A stretch of 64,000 bases of DNA. Source: Sulfuricurvum sp. GTDB taxonomy: Bacteria; Campylobacterota; Campylobacteria; Campylobacterales; Sulfurimonadaceae. Made by a program: the position numbers and the translations under genes. Under the pieces are notes generated by a model. That model did not search any database. It was not told where the DNA came from and worked only from the letters and a program-made list of their open reading frames with translations. Of the stretch, positions 61,678-64,000 are shown piece after piece (the first letter of the stretch is position 1; each line of letters begins with the position of its first letter). The DNA is taken from NCBI GenBank assembly GCA_003245815.1, contig QKCD01000053.1:14955-78954 (forward strand). Reading direction: 5' to 3'.

Positions 61678-62745
61678 TCAAACCCGGACGCGGTTGCGCT
61701 GCCACTGGAACAGGGCCGTGGCGAAGAGGAGCAGCACCGGCAGCACGATGCCGACCTCGCTCGGGATCGTTTTCGTGTTGGAGAGCTCGATCATAGAGTA
61801 CATCACCGTCCAGACGATCAGCGTCGCCAGGATCGCCCCGAAACTGAAGATCGAGAGATTCAGGAAACGGCTGCTGATCGGAACGAAGAAGAAGATGATG
61901 ACGACCAGACAGGGCACGAAGAAGGGGTGTACGAAGATACGGTAGAGCGCGCTCTTGATCCGGTCGATACTTACCTTCTGCTCGTTGAGCAGGTTCAGCG
62001 CATCGAAGGCGTCGGTGATCGTAAAATTAACCTTCCCCTCGTAGACCTGGTCGAGGATCTTCGGCTTGAAGCCCTTGAGGACCTTGAAGTTCTGGTGTTC
62101 GACGATTTCGATCCCCGCGCCGCCGGCCTGCGGCACCTTCGGTTTACGCAGCATCCGCGCATCGGAAATGTGCCAGTACTCCCCGCCGTAGAGGGCATGA
62201 TCGGCGATGATCACCTCGTGCAGATGCCCCTCCTGGATGCGGAAAACCCGGACATCCTCCGCCCGCTGCTGCAGGGGGTAGAGGTGGCCGAAATAGACGT
62301 ACTGATCGCCGTAGGTGAAGAAGAGATTCTCCGTCGGCTGCATCTGCTTGGCGTTCTTGCGGATGCCCGCGGCGTTCTCGTCAGCCCGGGCGAAGGAGGT
62401 CGTGTGCAGGGCGACGAAGAGGACGATCAGGAGCGTCGAGACCGTGACAAAGGGCTTGAGTACATCCGTCTTCGAATACCCCAGGGAGTAGAAGGCGACC
62501 AGCGCATTGGATCGGATCAGATAGATCTTCGTCGCAATCATTGCGAAGACGAGCGAGAGCGGCCCCATCATCTCGATCCCGAAAAACGTCTTGTACATCA
62601 CGTAAAGGAGGATAAGGTTGGCCGATTCGGGAAGGTCGTCGCCGTGGGAGAGAAAATCGAGCCCCACCATAAACGCCACCAGCGCAAAGATGATGATCAG
62701 GAAATATTTCAGGTAATGGTAGGCGATGTAGCGGAACAACAGCAT
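61678..62745 (-). CDS. LptF/LptG-family (YjgP/YjgQ) LPS export permease
   Basis: 355 aa. Three N-terminal TMs, a periplasmic beta-jellyroll-like insert, and three C-terminal TMs. MLLFRYIAYHYLKYFLIIIFAL… is typical. Confidence 0.85.
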   Translation of the reverse strand: MLLFRYIAYHYLKYFLIIIFALVAFMVGLDFLSHGDDLPESANLILLYVMYKTFFGIEMMGPLSLVFAMIATKIYLIRSNALVAFYSLGYSKTDVLKPFVTVSTLLIVLFVALHTTSFARADENAAGIRKNAKQMQPTENLFFTYGDQYVYFGHLYPLQQRAEDVRVFRIQEGHLHEVIIADHALYGGEYWHISDARMLRKPKVPQAGGAGIEIVEHQNFKVLKGFKPKILDQVYEGKVNFTITDAFDALNLLNEQKVSIDRIKSALYRIFVHPFFVPCLVVIIFFFVPISSRFLNLSIFSFGAILATLIVWTVMYSMIELSNTKTIPSEVGIVLPVLLLFATALFQWQRNRVRV

Positions 62746-62833
62746 GGCGGCTCTCTCGGAGGCGGGATTACGGGAGTATTTTAACGGAACTTCATTAAAT
62801 CGGCGGCAGGTCGCCTGCGTGCGACAAACGGAA

Positions 62834-63388
62834 TCAGCCGGCGAATGCCTTGACGGAGCAGCGCGAGGCGACCTGTTCCCACGGCTCGGTAAGAAGCCGT
62901 TCGACCGCGTCGGCGGTCTGTGCGACCCACCCCTCGAGATGGGCCGCCTCGGCCGCTGTGAAGGGGCTCAGGACGTAGTCGGCGACCTTCGTTTTCTCCA
63001 CCGGTTTGCCGATGCCCATCCGCACCCGCAGGTACTCGCGGGAGATGGAGACGTCCGTCGATTTCAGGCCGTTATGGCCGCCGTGGCCGCCCCCGTGCTT
63101 GAAACGCAGGGCCCCGAAAGGGAGATCGAGATCGTCATGGATCACAATGACCTCATCGATCTTGTAGAAGTTCTTCACCGCGGCGATGGAACGCCCCGAA
63201 AGGTTCATGTAGGTCATCGGCTTCAGAAGGAAGTGGGAGTCGAACTTGAAGAGATCGCCTTCGAAGGAGGCTTTCTTGACGGCGGAGGTATGATGGCGCC
63301 GGAGCAGCTCATCGATCACCATGAACCCGACGTTATGTCGGGTCGCGGCGTATGTCGAACCCGGATTTCCCAGTCCGACGATCAGCAA
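62834..63388 (-). CDS. pth: peptidyl-tRNA hydrolase
   Basis: 184 aa. MLIVGLGNPGSTYAATRHNVGF and GHGGHNGLKS motifs. Confidence 0.96.
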   Translation of the reverse strand: MLIVGLGNPGSTYAATRHNVGFMVIDELLRRHHTSAVKKASFEGDLFKFDSHFLLKPMTYMNLSGRSIAAVKNFYKIDEVIVIHDDLDLPFGALRFKHGGGHGGHNGLKSTDVSISREYLRVRMGIGKPVEKTKVADYVLSPFTAAEAAHLEGWVAQTADAVERLLTEPWEQVASRCSVKAFAG

Positions 63389-63390
63389 AG

Positions 63391-63927
63391 TTACTTCGCT
63401 TTGATGATAGAGAGGACGGAAACGCGGTCAGTATCCGTGAACGTTACGTTTTCGATAGCGTCGAGGTCGCGGATCAGGACGGAGTCGCCCAGGTCAAGCG
63501 GTGCAACGTTGACGTCGATGCTGTTGGGAACGTTTTCGATCGCCGCTTTGACGCGGAGGCGTTTCTTCGCGATGAAGAGCATGCCTTTGTTTTTCAGACC
63601 GACCGGGGAGCCGTGAGTTTTGACCGGAACCATGTAGTGTGTCACAACGCCCGGCTGAGCGACCATCAGGTCAACGTGCAGCAGGTTGCCGGAAACCGGG
63701 TGGGACTCGTAGGACTGTACGACGACGTTGATTTCGTTGTCTCCCACTTTAACCGGGAATGCCAGGCTCTCTTTGTTGCGCACAGTACGGATAAAATCGT
63801 TCATTTTGAACGCGGCGTTGATGTTCTCAAGGCCTTTACCGTAAATGTTAGCAATTAGATAACCATCACGGCGGCAAGCTTTTGTCGCTTTTTTGCCAAT
63901 ACTCTCTCTAATAATACCTTCTAACAT
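63391..63927 (-). CDS. rplY: 50S ribosomal protein L25 / general stress protein Ctc
   Basis: 178 aa. …RRDGYLIANIYGKG…VQSYESHPVSGNLLHVDL…. AAAGGA Shine-Dalgarno. A/T-ending codon bias typical of highly expressed genes in this window. Confidence 0.93.
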   Translation of the reverse strand: MLEGIIRESIGKKATKACRRDGYLIANIYGKGLENINAAFKMNDFIRTVRNKESLAFPVKVGDNEINVVVQSYESHPVSGNLLHVDLMVAQPGVVTHYMVPVKTHGSPVGLKNKGMLFIAKKRLRVKAAIENVPNSIDVNVAPLDLGDSVLIRDLDAIENVTFTDTDRVSVLSIIKAK

Positions 63928-63954
63928 GTAGGTCCTTTGAATAAAATGGATGGA

Positions 63955-63960
63955 ATTTTA
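63955..63960 (-). promoter_or_regulatory. -10 box TAAAAT for rplY-pth
   Basis: Reverse complement of 63955-63960 is TAAAAT, 27 nt upstream of ATG 63927. Confidence 0.35.
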
Positions 63961-64000
63961 CTGAAATCCTGATTAAAGGAAGATAAAAAGAAGTGTAGGC

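Noticed and set aside
1-64000. CRISPR arrays, rRNA/tRNA genes, transposases and insertion sequences.
   Set aside because: I scanned all intergenic gaps of about 100 nt or more (2265-2397, 23271-23530, 29198-29379, 40077-40239, 43301-43437, 44012-44184, 45443-45564, 48958-49092, 57272-57391, 61558-61677). I saw no regularly spaced repeats, cloverleaf-like tRNA arms or terminal inverted repeats. A covariance-model scan (tRNAscan-SE/Infernal) would still be needed to exclude small ncRNAs.

Overview
This is a GC-rich chromosomal segment with strongly GC3-biased codons. Gene content and micro-synteny look Campylobacterota (epsilonproteobacterial). The recognisable blocks are nth / PEB4-like PPIase / fba; pyk; serS plus a PflB-like TPR protein; pssA-psd-ftsH-prmA-cheY-hisA-hisH; a dimeric dUTPase; and dxs-fliH-fliG-fliF-hisC-pheA-HAD-lysA-lptF/G-pth-rplY. 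I call 63 CDSs. One (M23 peptidase, 1..1054) and two small ORFs are absent from the supplied ORF track. I also list -10 promoter boxes, hairpins and short repeats. I saw no rRNA, tRNA, CRISPR array, transposase, integrase or reverse transcriptase. Signal transduction is dense: three hybrid histidine kinases (one with a NIT-type sensor), a Cache-PAS-GGDEF cyclase, a CZB-domain chemoreceptor, CheY and an atypical receiver-containing protein. The stretches that fall outside the conserved synteny blocks are the ones worth a second look. (i) 20.2-26.0 kb holds an operon of a minimal non-canonical class III nucleotidyl-cyclase-like protein, an HTH/coiled-coil protein and a FapA/DUF342 protein. It is followed by a repeat-laden AT-rich region, an XRE-like HTH gene with an overlapping basic ORF, hup, and a NERD-like/SF1-helicase-like ATPase. 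(ii) 41.8-44.7 kb holds a receiver-domain protein with an OB-like N-terminus, an unannotated 58-aa CxxC protein, apparently leaderless divergent promoters, and an Xis-like HTH pair with no integrase. (iii) 44.8-51.1 kb holds a thiol/redox-themed locus: a DsbD_2-type membrane protein, translationally coupled ovoA-ovoB (ovothiol), a secreted rhodanese and a CZB chemoreceptor. All functional calls rest on motif recognition by eye and remembered family knowledge. No database search was run.
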